This document shows positions 20,026 through 29,443 of a stretch of DNA of 64,000 nucleotides, in pieces. The stretch is from the NCBI GenBank assembly GCA_046482545.1, contig JAWOEX010000032.1, positions 193,903-257,902 on the forward strand, in the 5' to 3' direction. The position numbers were made by a program, and so were the translations under genes. The notes below the pieces were generated by a model. It was given only the letters and a program-made list of their open reading frames with translations, was not told the DNA's origin and made no database searches. Origin of the DNA: Candidatus Thorarchaeota archaeon. GTDB lineage: Archaea; Asgardarchaeota; Thorarchaeia; Thorarchaeales; Thorarchaeaceae. Positions within the stretch are counted from its first letter, which is position 1; each line of letters opens with the position of its first letter.

Positions 20026-21447
20026 TTGAATATTCTTGATGAAGTCTATTCCTATATTGATGATAATATTGGTCAGCATATGGATAGGCTCAGCAATTTT
20101 GTGAAGAAACCTGCAGTCTCAGTAGAGCAATATGGAACCAAGGAATGTGCAGAATCGATACGTGACTGGATGAGAAAGCTAGATTTTGAAAATGTAACTC
20201 TATTCGAGGGGAATGGAAATCCTACTGTTTTTGGAAAATACAGGGAAACCTCCTCTGATAAGAAAACACTATTGCTTTTTGGTAGCTATGATTCAAATCC
20301 CGTTGAAGAAGATCAGTGGTCATTTCCGCCGTATGAAGGACAAATCGTGGAAAAGGAAACGTTGGGGAAATGCATGGTTGGCAGGGGGGTGAACAATAAG
20401 ATGAAGTTCACCGCCATGCTCAACGCTATAGAAGCTCTTACAGAAGTTACCGACGCACTTCCTGTTAACCTCCTCATGGTTCTCGATGGGGAGGAAGAAA
20501 TGTTTAGTCCCTCATTGCCATCATTCGTTTCAACTTATCAAGACGAATTAATGAAAGCAGATGCCCTGTATATGCCATTTGGTTCTCAGAATTCTCGTGG
20601 AGTTGCAAGAGTGCAACTAGGGTACAAGGGCATTGCATATATTGAATTAGAATCTTCCGGAGGAAGTTGGGGAAGGGGACCTAGTAATTTTGAGATTCAC
20701 AGCATGCATCGACCGGTCGTTGATAATCCAGCAATACGCCTTGTCAAAGCCCTATCAACTATGATATCTGATGATGGTAATGAAGTACTGATTGATGGAT
20801 TCGATGAGGACATAAAAGAATTGGATGAACCATTTTTAGATCTGGTTGACAAACTGGCGCAGGATTTCAACGTGGAAGGATACAAGGAAGGATTAGGGGT
20901 ACAAAATCTTATCGGAAAAGATGAGAAACCTCGTGATGTGTTGGAACGACTCTTTTCTACTGCCCAAATAAATATAGACGGTATATGGGGAGGGTACACC
21001 GGTCCGGGAGCTGAGGCAGTAATACCTCCTAAGGCTCATGCTAAACTGGAGGTTCGACTTATTCCGAATCAACAGTCTGACAAGGTTATACAATGTATGG
21101 AGGATCATTTGACGCATCATGGATATTCTGATATCACTATCGAGAAGTTGGCAGGGGTAGAATATTGTCTTAGCAGCATTGAGGAAAGAATAGCTCAGTC
21201 ACTCATTAACGCCTATCGAGACATTGGAGCTGAAGCACAAATCTGGCCTAGCTCAATAGCGACCATACCAATCTATCTATTCAATAGAGAACCTCTAGGC
21301 ATACCATTTGCTACTGGATGTGTTGGATATGGCGGTCACAGTCATGGTCCTGACGAGTATGCAGTCATTGAAGGAAAAGGAAAAATCGAAGGCCTAGCTG
21401 GATATGAGAAGCTAATTTCTTCCGTAATACTCGAATATGCAAGGTAA
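20026..21447 (+). CDS. M20/M25/M40 family peptidase-like hydrolase (dipeptidase subgroup, altered ligands)
   Basis: LPVNL...DGEEE, LG.KG, VIP..A.AK...RL.P.Q, SHGPDE. Confidence 0.88.
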   Translation: MNILDEVYSYIDDNIGQHMDRLSNFVKKPAVSVEQYGTKECAESIRDWMRKLDFENVTLFEGNGNPTVFGKYRETSSDKKTLLLFGSYDSNPVEEDQWSFPPYEGQIVEKETLGKCMVGRGVNNKMKFTAMLNAIEALTEVTDALPVNLLMVLDGEEEMFSPSLPSFVSTYQDELMKADALYMPFGSQNSRGVARVQLGYKGIAYIELESSGGSWGRGPSNFEIHSMHRPVVDNPAIRLVKALSTMISDDGNEVLIDGFDEDIKELDEPFLDLVDKLAQDFNVEGYKEGLGVQNLIGKDEKPRDVLERLFSTAQINIDGIWGGYTGPGAEAVIPPKAHAKLEVRLIPNQQSDKVIQCMEDHLTHHGYSDITIEKLAGVEYCLSSIEERIAQSLINAYRDIGAEAQIWPSSIATIPIYLFNREPLGIPFATGCVGYGGHSHGPDEYAVIEGKGKIEGLAGYEKLISSVILEYAR

Positions 21448-21503
21448 TGGTGAGACTCGAAATCTATTCTCAAAAAAAAAAAAGGAGGAAAAAGGGAGAA
21501 AAT

Positions 21504-21905
21504 CTAGGGATATTCTCCCTTCTTCAGTAGGGTGACTAGCCTTCCTGAACCACTCACAACTCTTTGGGAGTGAGGAACGCCTTTCGGTACGAAGACAGTT
21601 ACAGGCGACTCCACGCTGTAAGTTTCGTCCTCGAACACGAATTCTATTGATAGCGGATCAGTGCCCTTGGGTCCGCTCAGGAACACAAAGACCTGATCGA
21701 CATCATGAGTATGCAACTCGACATAAGAATCGGCGTTCTCCGGTACATTGCTTATACGCCGAGTCGTAATCCTCAAATCTGCCCCAGAAAAGTGCTTGTT
21801 GTCCAATAGGACGTAGGACAGACCTGTCTTCTCCATCTCCTCCTTGTCATGGTGTGCGATATCCTCACTCGGTCTTGGTTTAAGGAAATTGTCTTCATAT
21901 TTCAT
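21504..21905 (-). CDS. Cupin domain protein
   Basis: HTHDVDQ and VFVPKGVPH cupin motifs. Confidence 0.85.
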   Translation of the reverse strand: MKYEDNFLKPRPSEDIAHHDKEEMEKTGLSYVLLDNKHFSGADLRITTRRISNVPENADSYVELHTHDVDQVFVFLSGPKGTDPLSIEFVFEDETYSVESPVTVFVPKGVPHSQRVVSGSGRLVTLLKKGEYP

Positions 21906-21919
21906 TCAATCACCGTCGG

Positions 21920-23089
21920 TTACAAGGTCAAGTCACGATGGAGGTTTGGAGTAAACACTTCATGACCATCTGAAGTAACTCTGACAACATCTTCTACATT
22001 GAATCCCCCTACGCCAACCCAGTAGTATGGCACTTCAATACTAAGCACCATATCCTCTTTGATGACGGAGTCATTATCAGCAGCGACCAGGGGTTCCTCT
22101 TCCGTGATTAGACCGAGTCCATGTCCAAAATGCCCTCTCAGAAAGTCAGGATCTCCCATTTCTCTCACGGTACTCAGGCCAGTTTCATACAACCTAGAGA
22201 ATTTGACTCCTGGTTCAATCATGTCCACTATTCTGCTTTGGGCTTCCCTAAGCGCTGCATATACCTTCTTGGCTTTATCAGATGGTTTGCCAAGGACGCG
22301 TGTCCGTGCAAAATCACAACGGTAACCTTTGTAGATGGCACCCCCATCAAATCTCATGATACCTCCTTCTTTCAGCTTGTGTTCGAGTGGCCATCCTCTA
22401 CGTACTGTAGCTGAATGCTTGCCAATGGTGAGATTCTGATGAATCAATCCTTTGTCAATGTAACCTCCCTCGTCCAGGATAGCACGTTGAAATGCTCCCA
22501 AGAAATCAGCTTCAGTGGCTCCTTCCTTAGCTACTGAGAAAGCTGCGTCAAATCCTTTCTCTGAGATTTCACAAGCCCGTCTTATCCGGTCGATTTCCTC
22601 TTGTACCTTTATCGCCCTGATGTCAAGAAATGTTTTTGATGAGTCTACGAGCTCTACATCAGGCAGCTTGGTAGTGATTTCTTTGTAGTCTTTTATCGGT
22701 AAGACTTTCTCTTCAATACCTATAGTTGCCTTCTCCAAACCCTTCTCTTCGACGATTGAAGCGAGAGCTGAAACAGGGTTCTCATAGACATCAATATCGT
22801 CATGATTATCACGCCGGAAATAGGCCCAAGTTCTGGTATACCTCTGATCTTCTATTGTAGAGACCTTTTTGGCTAAATCGGCATCCAACACGGTTGTAGA
22901 AAGGGTTGGCTCCCCATCAAGAGGCACTAATGCAAATGACCCAAAACCACTGCTGAATCCACGGAATCGGTCAACAAATGGAATATACAGGTCGCTTGCG
23001 TAGAAGAAATTCTCTGGTGAGGAAGCAAGTAGTGCATCAAGTCCTCTTTCTTCCATTATTTCTTTCGCTCTTTTGAAATTCATTGGCAT
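21920..23089 (-). CDS. M24 family Xaa-Pro peptidase/creatinase-like hydrolase
   Basis: Creatinase N-domain; D...YKGYRCDFAR, GHGLG, E.P, VED. Confidence 0.9.
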   Translation of the reverse strand: MPMNFKRAKEIMEERGLDALLASSPENFFYASDLYIPFVDRFRGFSSGFGSFALVPLDGEPTLSTTVLDADLAKKVSTIEDQRYTRTWAYFRRDNHDDIDVYENPVSALASIVEEKGLEKATIGIEEKVLPIKDYKEITTKLPDVELVDSSKTFLDIRAIKVQEEIDRIRRACEISEKGFDAAFSVAKEGATEADFLGAFQRAILDEGGYIDKGLIHQNLTIGKHSATVRRGWPLEHKLKEGGIMRFDGGAIYKGYRCDFARTRVLGKPSDKAKKVYAALREAQSRIVDMIEPGVKFSRLYETGLSTVREMGDPDFLRGHFGHGLGLITEEEPLVAADNDSVIKEDMVLSIEVPYYWVGVGGFNVEDVVRVTSDGHEVFTPNLHRDLTL

Positions 23090-23126
23090 ATTTCTTTTCT
23101 CCTTTAGTCTATTTTCCATTTACTAA

Positions 23127-24200
23127 CTAAACTACATAATGATCATTTGGGTACTCGTCCAAGTATCTACTTCTTCTATCAACTATGACTGTAGCTACAT
23201 TCTTTCCAGGACCCAACTCTTCGGCAATTTTCAGTGCCGCATAGACGTTTGCACCCGAGGACATACCGCAATAGATTCCCTCCTCTTGGCACAAGCGATT
23301 TGCCATATTTCTCGCATCGTCATCGGTCACTTCAAACCACTTGTCGGGATAGCCCATTTTGTAGATCCTTTCGACTATCGAATCCTCCGTGTCCCATTTC
23401 TTGAGACCCAACAAGTCTACAATTTTCATCCTGATTGGAGGCCGCCCCATTTCTTCGACACTTGTGGCTATGTCTGCACTAATGTCTACCAAACTTGTTC
23501 CACCTGCTGGGACGACACCATAGGTATATGGCTCTACACCGTGTTCCTTGAGTGCCAGTGTTACCCCTAGAAACGTGGCTCCAGAACCAATAGAGGCTCC
23601 CCAAGCGTCGATGTTCCCATCAAGTTGGCTATACAGCTCATGTCCCATTTTTTCCTGACCATGGACATTAGCCATGTTATAGATTTGATCAACCCAGACC
23701 ACATCCTCGTTTTCTTGTTCCAGTTGATACATGTGGTTTTTTCCGCCTAGTATAACAGCATATCTCTTCTCTTTCTCTGTATCTAATTTGTCGAAGACCT
23801 CGTCGCAGGGAAGGGGGCACTCGTAAACATCAGCCCCGTAAGCATCAACGATTTTCAATCTGACACTTTTACCCTTATCTTCAGAATGGAGAAAATGAGA
23901 ATAGGAACAGAGTTTGATATTATATCCCTTCAAAGCAGAGACAAATGCCAAAGCAGGAGCTGTATTTCCCGCTGATGCATCACAAACTGTCCCTCCTTCT
24001 TTGAGCTGCTTTCCATTCCAAGTATCACCTCTCTCGGCAGCTTCTACCATGGAAAGCGCCATCCTGTCTTTGTAACTTCCGCTGGGATTTAGATGTTCTA
24101 ATTTCACAAAGATATTAGCATCAACATCTTTCCCGACTCTGTTGAGTTTCAACAGAGGTGTGTCCCCGATTACCTCAAGCATGCTATTGGCATAATCCAT
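23127..24200 (-). CDS. PLP-dependent cysteine synthase family protein (divergent)
   Basis: IGDTPL, KLEHLNPSGSYKDR, SAGNT, GSGATFLG, EEGI.CG.SSGAN. Confidence 0.88.
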   Translation of the reverse strand: MDYANSMLEVIGDTPLLKLNRVGKDVDANIFVKLEHLNPSGSYKDRMALSMVEAAERGDTWNGKQLKEGGTVCDASAGNTAPALAFVSALKGYNIKLCSYSHFLHSEDKGKSVRLKIVDAYGADVYECPLPCDEVFDKLDTEKEKRYAVILGGKNHMYQLEQENEDVVWVDQIYNMANVHGQEKMGHELYSQLDGNIDAWGASIGSGATFLGVTLALKEHGVEPYTYGVVPAGGTSLVDISADIATSVEEMGRPPIRMKIVDLLGLKKWDTEDSIVERIYKMGYPDKWFEVTDDDARNMANRLCQEEGIYCGMSSGANVYAALKIAEELGPGKNVATVIVDRRSRYLDEYPNDHYVV

Positions 24201-24225
24201 TTGACTTACCTCTCATCTAACTTTC

Positions 24226-25692
24226 TTAATTCCCACTCCATTTTTCTCCCCATTCAGTTATGACCTCCATGGTCAACACCAAGGCTCTAACTGCCAATCT
24301 CATCCGGTCTTCAATTAAACTCCCTTCAGAATCCAAGTTCTCTTGACCCATTACAATGAAAACATTACCATCATAACATAAGGGGGGTCTGATTCCTGTG
24401 TGTGGCATCCCGACTTGTATCAGATTCGTGCTAGCGTACATGTCCTCAATGCTGAAAATTGGGATACCAAACTCATCCTCGGTCCAAGTCTTGATGTAAT
24501 TGACTTCTACTGCAGCCCCATTCTTTGATTTTGTTATCTCAAACCCATTTTCTGGCAAAACTTCAGAACGTGTGAATTCTTCCTTTACTATGTCATATGC
24601 CCGATCTACATTGTCAAGTATACGACCGGGGTGCTCCTTGAGCCTTTTCAACGCAGCAATAGTACCAACAAGAGCTTCTTTTCCAGGGTCGAAAGTGACA
24701 TATGCTGCCTTACCAAAAGTGGAAGTTGTTCCTGCTCTTGCACCATGTACGCCCATTGCTCTCCTTATAGGAAGCATAGCATCTTCCTTTCCAAGAACAA
24801 GTCCGCAAGTAGGACCTTGTGCAGCCTTGTCCATACTATACATCATTACGTCTGCGAAATTCTCCCTAGGGTCTGTACCGATGAATGGCAAACCTCTTGC
24901 ATTATCGCATATATACGGCACATTGTATTCTTGTGCAAGTTTTCCTATTTGCTTCTGTAACTCTGGAGTTCCATTTTCGTCTTTCACACCGTATCCGTAT
25001 CCGTGGGTATCATATCCAAGAGAGCTGAAGCCGGCCAGTTTCTCACGATGTCTTTCTGCTACTTCTGTAATTGTATCAATAGAATCAGATGGATTCACGT
25101 CAGTAAGCATAGGGATTGGGAAGTACTTTATCCCGTGAGATGGATACTCTGCCCCCTCAAGTGGGACAATAACTGTTTCGAGATTGTTTAGTCTCTTGCC
25201 CTGTAGACCGAGTTCTCCTGCCGTGACTCCTCTATCGGCTAGAAGGTCCTTATATTTCGGTGGGAAGGGCCTACCGTAACCACCATGATGATGCAGATGT
25301 CTCTCATAGGGGGTGATATATGCGGCTTGATAGTTGTCACCTCTTCCTAACAATGGAGGTGAAATTAGGGAATCAAATGACACCCATAGAGCAGCTTCCG
25401 CTGTACTAACCACCGTGGCATCATATTGGTCCCCGTATACATCCTTGACCAAGGTCCTAACTTGATCAACCAGAGATGCATTTGATATCACTTCATGACT
25501 TGCAGAATCCATAGATTCGGTTACTTCTTCAGGTATAGTAGGTGGTGTTCCTGAACCACCTCCAAGACCCAAATTACCCCTGAGATCTTCTGGGACTTCT
25601 AAGCCCTCTGCTTTTTGTCGAATATCACTAAAAATTTCATGAGTATTTTCCTTGAGTTTCTGATAAAGTCTAAATTTGTACTGTTTTTTCAT
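24226..25692 (-). CDS. PLP-dependent enzyme, SelA/DgaE-like fold type I, function unknown
   Basis: DNA...P, YSMDKAAQGPTCGLVLGK resembles the SelA-family PLP-lysine motif. Confidence 0.7.
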   Translation of the reverse strand: MKKQYKFRLYQKLKENTHEIFSDIRQKAEGLEVPEDLRGNLGLGGGSGTPPTIPEEVTESMDSASHEVISNASLVDQVRTLVKDVYGDQYDATVVSTAEAALWVSFDSLISPPLLGRGDNYQAAYITPYERHLHHHGGYGRPFPPKYKDLLADRGVTAGELGLQGKRLNNLETVIVPLEGAEYPSHGIKYFPIPMLTDVNPSDSIDTITEVAERHREKLAGFSSLGYDTHGYGYGVKDENGTPELQKQIGKLAQEYNVPYICDNARGLPFIGTDPRENFADVMMYSMDKAAQGPTCGLVLGKEDAMLPIRRAMGVHGARAGTTSTFGKAAYVTFDPGKEALVGTIAALKRLKEHPGRILDNVDRAYDIVKEEFTRSEVLPENGFEITKSKNGAAVEVNYIKTWTEDEFGIPIFSIEDMYASTNLIQVGMPHTGIRPPLCYDGNVFIVMGQENLDSEGSLIEDRMRLAVRALVLTMEVITEWGEKWSGN

Positions 25693-25780
25693 AACAGAAC
25701 CACATTTTTAATTCTCTGGCCCCTTCTACGAGGGCGACCTTTATATACCCTACGCTTATTAATAATAAAACTGACCGAAA

Positions 25781-26764
25781 ATGAAGCACATCTCTAATTT
25801 TTCTGGAATATTAGAAAAAAGAGACTCTAAAATAATGGGTTGGCTTCCTGTATCGACTCGTTCTGACGGAAGCAGATTGGGAATTCCTGTCACTGTAATT
25901 GCGGGGAAAAAACCCGGACCAACTTTGTTGATTGAATCTACTTGTCACGGGGATGAGACTGAGGGTTCACTGGCTGCAGTGGAGACTATTAGAGAGATAT
26001 CCCCTGCTGAAGTAAGAGGAACGCTTGTAGTCGTGCCGGTTTTGAATGTAAGAGCATACGAGTCTGGTACCAGAGGAAATCCGGATGAACGATACAACTA
26101 TGACATGAATAGGTTATTTCCCGGAGATGCGAAAGGTTCAGTATCACAGAGATTCATTCATGCCTACGTCGAAGAGCTGCTAAGTAGGGTAGACTATGCT
26201 GTATCTTTGCATGGTGGGGGTAAATTGTTCTACCTAAGTAATCGGCTTATGGTCAGTACTGATCCCGGCTCAATAGAATTGGCGAAAGCTATCGGTCCAG
26301 AATGGCCGTTCCTACATGAGAGTGAGCATCCTGGAACTCTCATGACTGAATGTGCGAATCGAGATATTCCATGTGTTACAGCTGAGCTTGGTGGATCTAG
26401 TAATCGAATGCCTGATGCTATTATGAAAAATGTTGGTGCATTTAAAAAAGCGATAAGAAATGTAATGAAGCATCTAGAAATGCTAGACGGTGAGGCTCAA
26501 TATGCTGAAGAATGGGGAATCCTCAAGGGAACCAACGTCCGGTGTACTTATGGCGGTTTGATGATACCAACGGAGAAATGTAGAATCAAGCAGGAGGTAA
26601 AAAAGGGAGATCATCTCGTCACCATAGTAGACCTGTTTGGCGAGGAACTGGATCGAATACGTGCTCCGCAAGATGGAATGGTTTTGGGCGTTCCAGTGCT
26701 GCCATTGGCGTATCCTGGCAATAATATTCTAACAATTGCCAAGGTTACCGAAACGATAAGGTGA
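25781..26764 (+). CDS. Succinylglutamate desuccinylase/aspartoacylase (AstE/AspA, M14-like) family
   Basis: HGDE, DMNRLFPG, SLHGG, AELGG, C-terminal barrel-sandwich domain. Confidence 0.9.
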   Translation: MKHISNFSGILEKRDSKIMGWLPVSTRSDGSRLGIPVTVIAGKKPGPTLLIESTCHGDETEGSLAAVETIREISPAEVRGTLVVVPVLNVRAYESGTRGNPDERYNYDMNRLFPGDAKGSVSQRFIHAYVEELLSRVDYAVSLHGGGKLFYLSNRLMVSTDPGSIELAKAIGPEWPFLHESEHPGTLMTECANRDIPCVTAELGGSSNRMPDAIMKNVGAFKKAIRNVMKHLEMLDGEAQYAEEWGILKGTNVRCTYGGLMIPTEKCRIKQEVKKGDHLVTIVDLFGEELDRIRAPQDGMVLGVPVLPLAYPGNNILTIAKVTETIR

Positions 26765-26786
26765 GTTTCAGCTGAGGCGCGAGACT

Positions 26787-27644
26787 ATGAAGCTTCAGAT
26801 AACACTTACAGTACCAGAGGCAAAACAAATAATCGCCAAAGCGATTGCAGAAAGAGCGGATGTAAAGAACGCTTTGAACAACGGACAGGTTCTGCTTAAG
26901 GGGGGGACAACTGTTTCAGCCATTTCAGAAGAACTCGTAGGCGAGAAGTTGAGAATTGGGGGAAGAATCACTTCAAACGGTACCAAGAATGCTCTTGAGA
27001 AGCATAATCAATCCCATTCTTTACTCATATCTCAAGGTAAAGTAAGGAATGCGGATAACAAGATTGAACAGATTACCGGTGATATGCAGAGGAGCGACGT
27101 AATCATTACTAGCGCAAACGCTCTAGATGCTGACGGAAACGCAGCAATGATGGCTGCAGCCCCTCTCGGACACAAGGCTGGAAAGGCCATCTCGGGATTT
27201 GCCAGTCAAGGATGCAAGGTTATTGTAGCCGTGGGATTAGAGAAACTGATTCCTGGCAGTATACGACAGGCTGTACTTTCTGCCGGCCGAGAATCCATCG
27301 ACAAGGCTCTGGGCTCTGCGGTTGGCCTAATTCCAATAATCGGCGAAGTATTTACCGAAAAAGAAGCGGTTATGAGTCTGGCAGATGTAAAAGCCACCGT
27401 CATATCGTCGGGAGGGATATACGGCGCAGAGGGCGCTACTACAATGGTAGTGAGTGGCCAGAAAGAGGATGTTGAAACAATCTATCAACTTGTTTTAGAA
27501 ATCAAAGGTACCGAGACGAGCGGCACTCCAGAAAGTTTGATTGAATGTAGAAGAGGTTGCCCTCAATGCAAGAGACACTTGGCATGTGTATACAAGCTTG
27601 GTTATCTGGAAGAAGATGAAATCGGAGATAGATACGAGACATAG
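26787..27644 (+). CDS. Conserved hypothetical protein with C-terminal Cys cluster
   Basis: 285 aa; GANA-like SANALD, GLEKLIP, SGG..GAEG; CRRGCPQCKRHLAC. Confidence 0.75.
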   Translation: MKLQITLTVPEAKQIIAKAIAERADVKNALNNGQVLLKGGTTVSAISEELVGEKLRIGGRITSNGTKNALEKHNQSHSLLISQGKVRNADNKIEQITGDMQRSDVIITSANALDADGNAAMMAAAPLGHKAGKAISGFASQGCKVIVAVGLEKLIPGSIRQAVLSAGRESIDKALGSAVGLIPIIGEVFTEKEAVMSLADVKATVISSGGIYGAEGATTMVVSGQKEDVETIYQLVLEIKGTETSGTPESLIECRRGCPQCKRHLACVYKLGYLEEDEIGDRYET

Positions 27645-27688
27645 CTGATAATCAGCAAGGAGAAAACAAAACGAAAGGAGTCAAGAAT

Positions 27689-28018
27689 ATGAGTAAAGAA
27701 TTCGAAACACCATTTGAAACGTTTGATATTATAGCTGAAGTGAAATCTGTTCAAGGACTTGAAGGCGGAGATACTGGCGGAAAGGGCCCTTGCAGATACT
27801 ATGAACCCGGAGATAAGATTGTCTTCAGGGAAGGGCGCATTGAAGGAACGATTTGCTATAGCGCTTTAGCCTCGATGATGTACAAGATTCTCGCGATGCG
27901 TCTAGGGTTCACATACCCTTGGGCCAAGGATGGTGTTGTTGAACACGCGTGTCCTGATGCAGCCCGACCGGTGGTATTCAAGGTGTATAGGGCTGAGGGA
28001 GAATCAGGTGACAGTTGA
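27689..28018 (+). CDS. TIGR04076 family protein
   Basis: C..Y..GD, IC..A, CPD...PVVF pattern; strong AGGAG RBS. Confidence 0.8.
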   Translation: MSKEFETPFETFDIIAEVKSVQGLEGGDTGGKGPCRYYEPGDKIVFREGRIEGTICYSALASMMYKILAMRLGFTYPWAKDGVVEHACPDAARPVVFKVYRAEGESGDS

Positions 28019-28055
28019 AATTAAAATCGATATATAGAATAGGTGGTCTATTGAA

Positions 28056-29417
28056 TTGTCAACTGCAAGTCAAAAACTGGCGAAATGGGTTTCTGAGCTG
28101 GAGTACAAGAACATTCCAAAAGAGATTATCAAATCTGCCAAAAACGATGTCCTAGACATGTTTGGTTGTGGACTTTTTGGGTCTACAAAGCCATGGGTAA
28201 AAGTGTCTACTGACCTAGTGAAAGAATGGGGTGGAAAAGACGAAGCAACACTCTGGGGGCACGATGTAATGGTGCCATGCGTTAACGCTGTCTTGGCAAA
28301 TGCTCACGCTATCAACGCCTTTGAGTTTGACGACACCTATTTTCCGTGGGGAATTCATCCTGGAGCGTTAGTTGTAACATCAGCGCTGGCTGCGGCGGAG
28401 ATGGCGGGTGAGATTACAGGAAAGAAGTTTGTAGAAGCTGTTGTAGCGGGGCATGAGGTTTCTGCACGGGTTAGATGTGGACTGGGCTGGTCTGTCCTTC
28501 ATGGACGCAATAGTACAGCCTTGTGTTCAACATTTGGGGCAGCAGCAGCTTCAGGTAAGATCCTGAACCTTGACGAATCTGAGATAACGAACGCGTTCGG
28601 CATTTGTGGACCCTATGTTGGTGGATTGCTTACATATGGTTTCAAAGCAATGGCCAAACGGATTGTAAATGGTAGGTCGGCACAAGGAGGAATTATGGCT
28701 GCATTACTGGCTCGTAATGGTTTTACAGGCTACCAAGACATTCTAGAATCAGAACAGGGCGGATTCTGTGAATCCCATTCATCGGATCCAGATATTGAAA
28801 GGATAACACAAGGTCTTGGTAACAAGTTCGAAATGACCAAACTTGCTTTGAAGAAATATCCCACATGTACAAGTTTCCACGCAGCGCTTGATGCGTTGTC
28901 TGAAATTGTAGATGAAAACGATTTGGATACAGATGGAATCGAGAAAGTAATAATCAGAACAACTCGTGGAGCGCTGAAGAACAATGTTGGCACAGATTAT
29001 GATAACATCTCATCAGCTCAAATGAGCATGGAGTACTCTGTTGCAGCCAAAATAGTGGATGGCGAGGTTGGCATAAATCAGTTTACTCCAGCAAGAATCG
29101 AGGACCTAACACTAAGAGAGATGGCTGGAAAAGTGGAGACTGTAATTGACCCTGAGCTGGATGCACTTGGCTTGGATCACCGTTTTGCTGCTCAAGCAAT
29201 AGTCTTGCTCGATGACAAGACTCGATTTGAAAGTGACTATGTACACAACCCCAAGAGAATGACGACAGACGGTGTAGAAAGTAAGTTTATCACATTAGCT
29301 AATACGGCTGTAAATGAAGAGCAAGGAAGAGAAATAGTAGAATCTGTTAATAGCATCGAGAAGATGCGTGATGTTTCTAATCTTGCAGATTTACTTACAT
29401 TCCGAGCTGAAGAATAA
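28056..29417 (+). CDS. MmgE/PrpD family protein
   Basis: EFDDT...IHPG, A...GFTG...LE..GF, KKYPTC...H. Confidence 0.92.
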   Translation: MSTASQKLAKWVSELEYKNIPKEIIKSAKNDVLDMFGCGLFGSTKPWVKVSTDLVKEWGGKDEATLWGHDVMVPCVNAVLANAHAINAFEFDDTYFPWGIHPGALVVTSALAAAEMAGEITGKKFVEAVVAGHEVSARVRCGLGWSVLHGRNSTALCSTFGAAAASGKILNLDESEITNAFGICGPYVGGLLTYGFKAMAKRIVNGRSAQGGIMAALLARNGFTGYQDILESEQGGFCESHSSDPDIERITQGLGNKFEMTKLALKKYPTCTSFHAALDALSEIVDENDLDTDGIEKVIIRTTRGALKNNVGTDYDNISSAQMSMEYSVAAKIVDGEVGINQFTPARIEDLTLREMAGKVETVIDPELDALGLDHRFAAQAIVLLDDKTRFESDYVHNPKRMTTDGVESKFITLANTAVNEEQGREIVESVNSIEKMRDVSNLADLLTFRAEE

Positions 29418-29443
29418 TGAAGATTTTTGAATATGCGGATTAG

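Noticed and set aside
21472-21483. Poly-A tract as a phase-variation site
   Set aside because: Intergenic between convergent genes; better explained as an archaeal oligo-T terminator on the minus strand
24226-28018. Selenocysteine synthesis or selenoprotein
   Set aside because: Similarity to SelA is limited to the PLP motif, no selB/selD/tRNA-Sec nearby, and the TIGR04076 protein has Cys codons with no in-frame TGA
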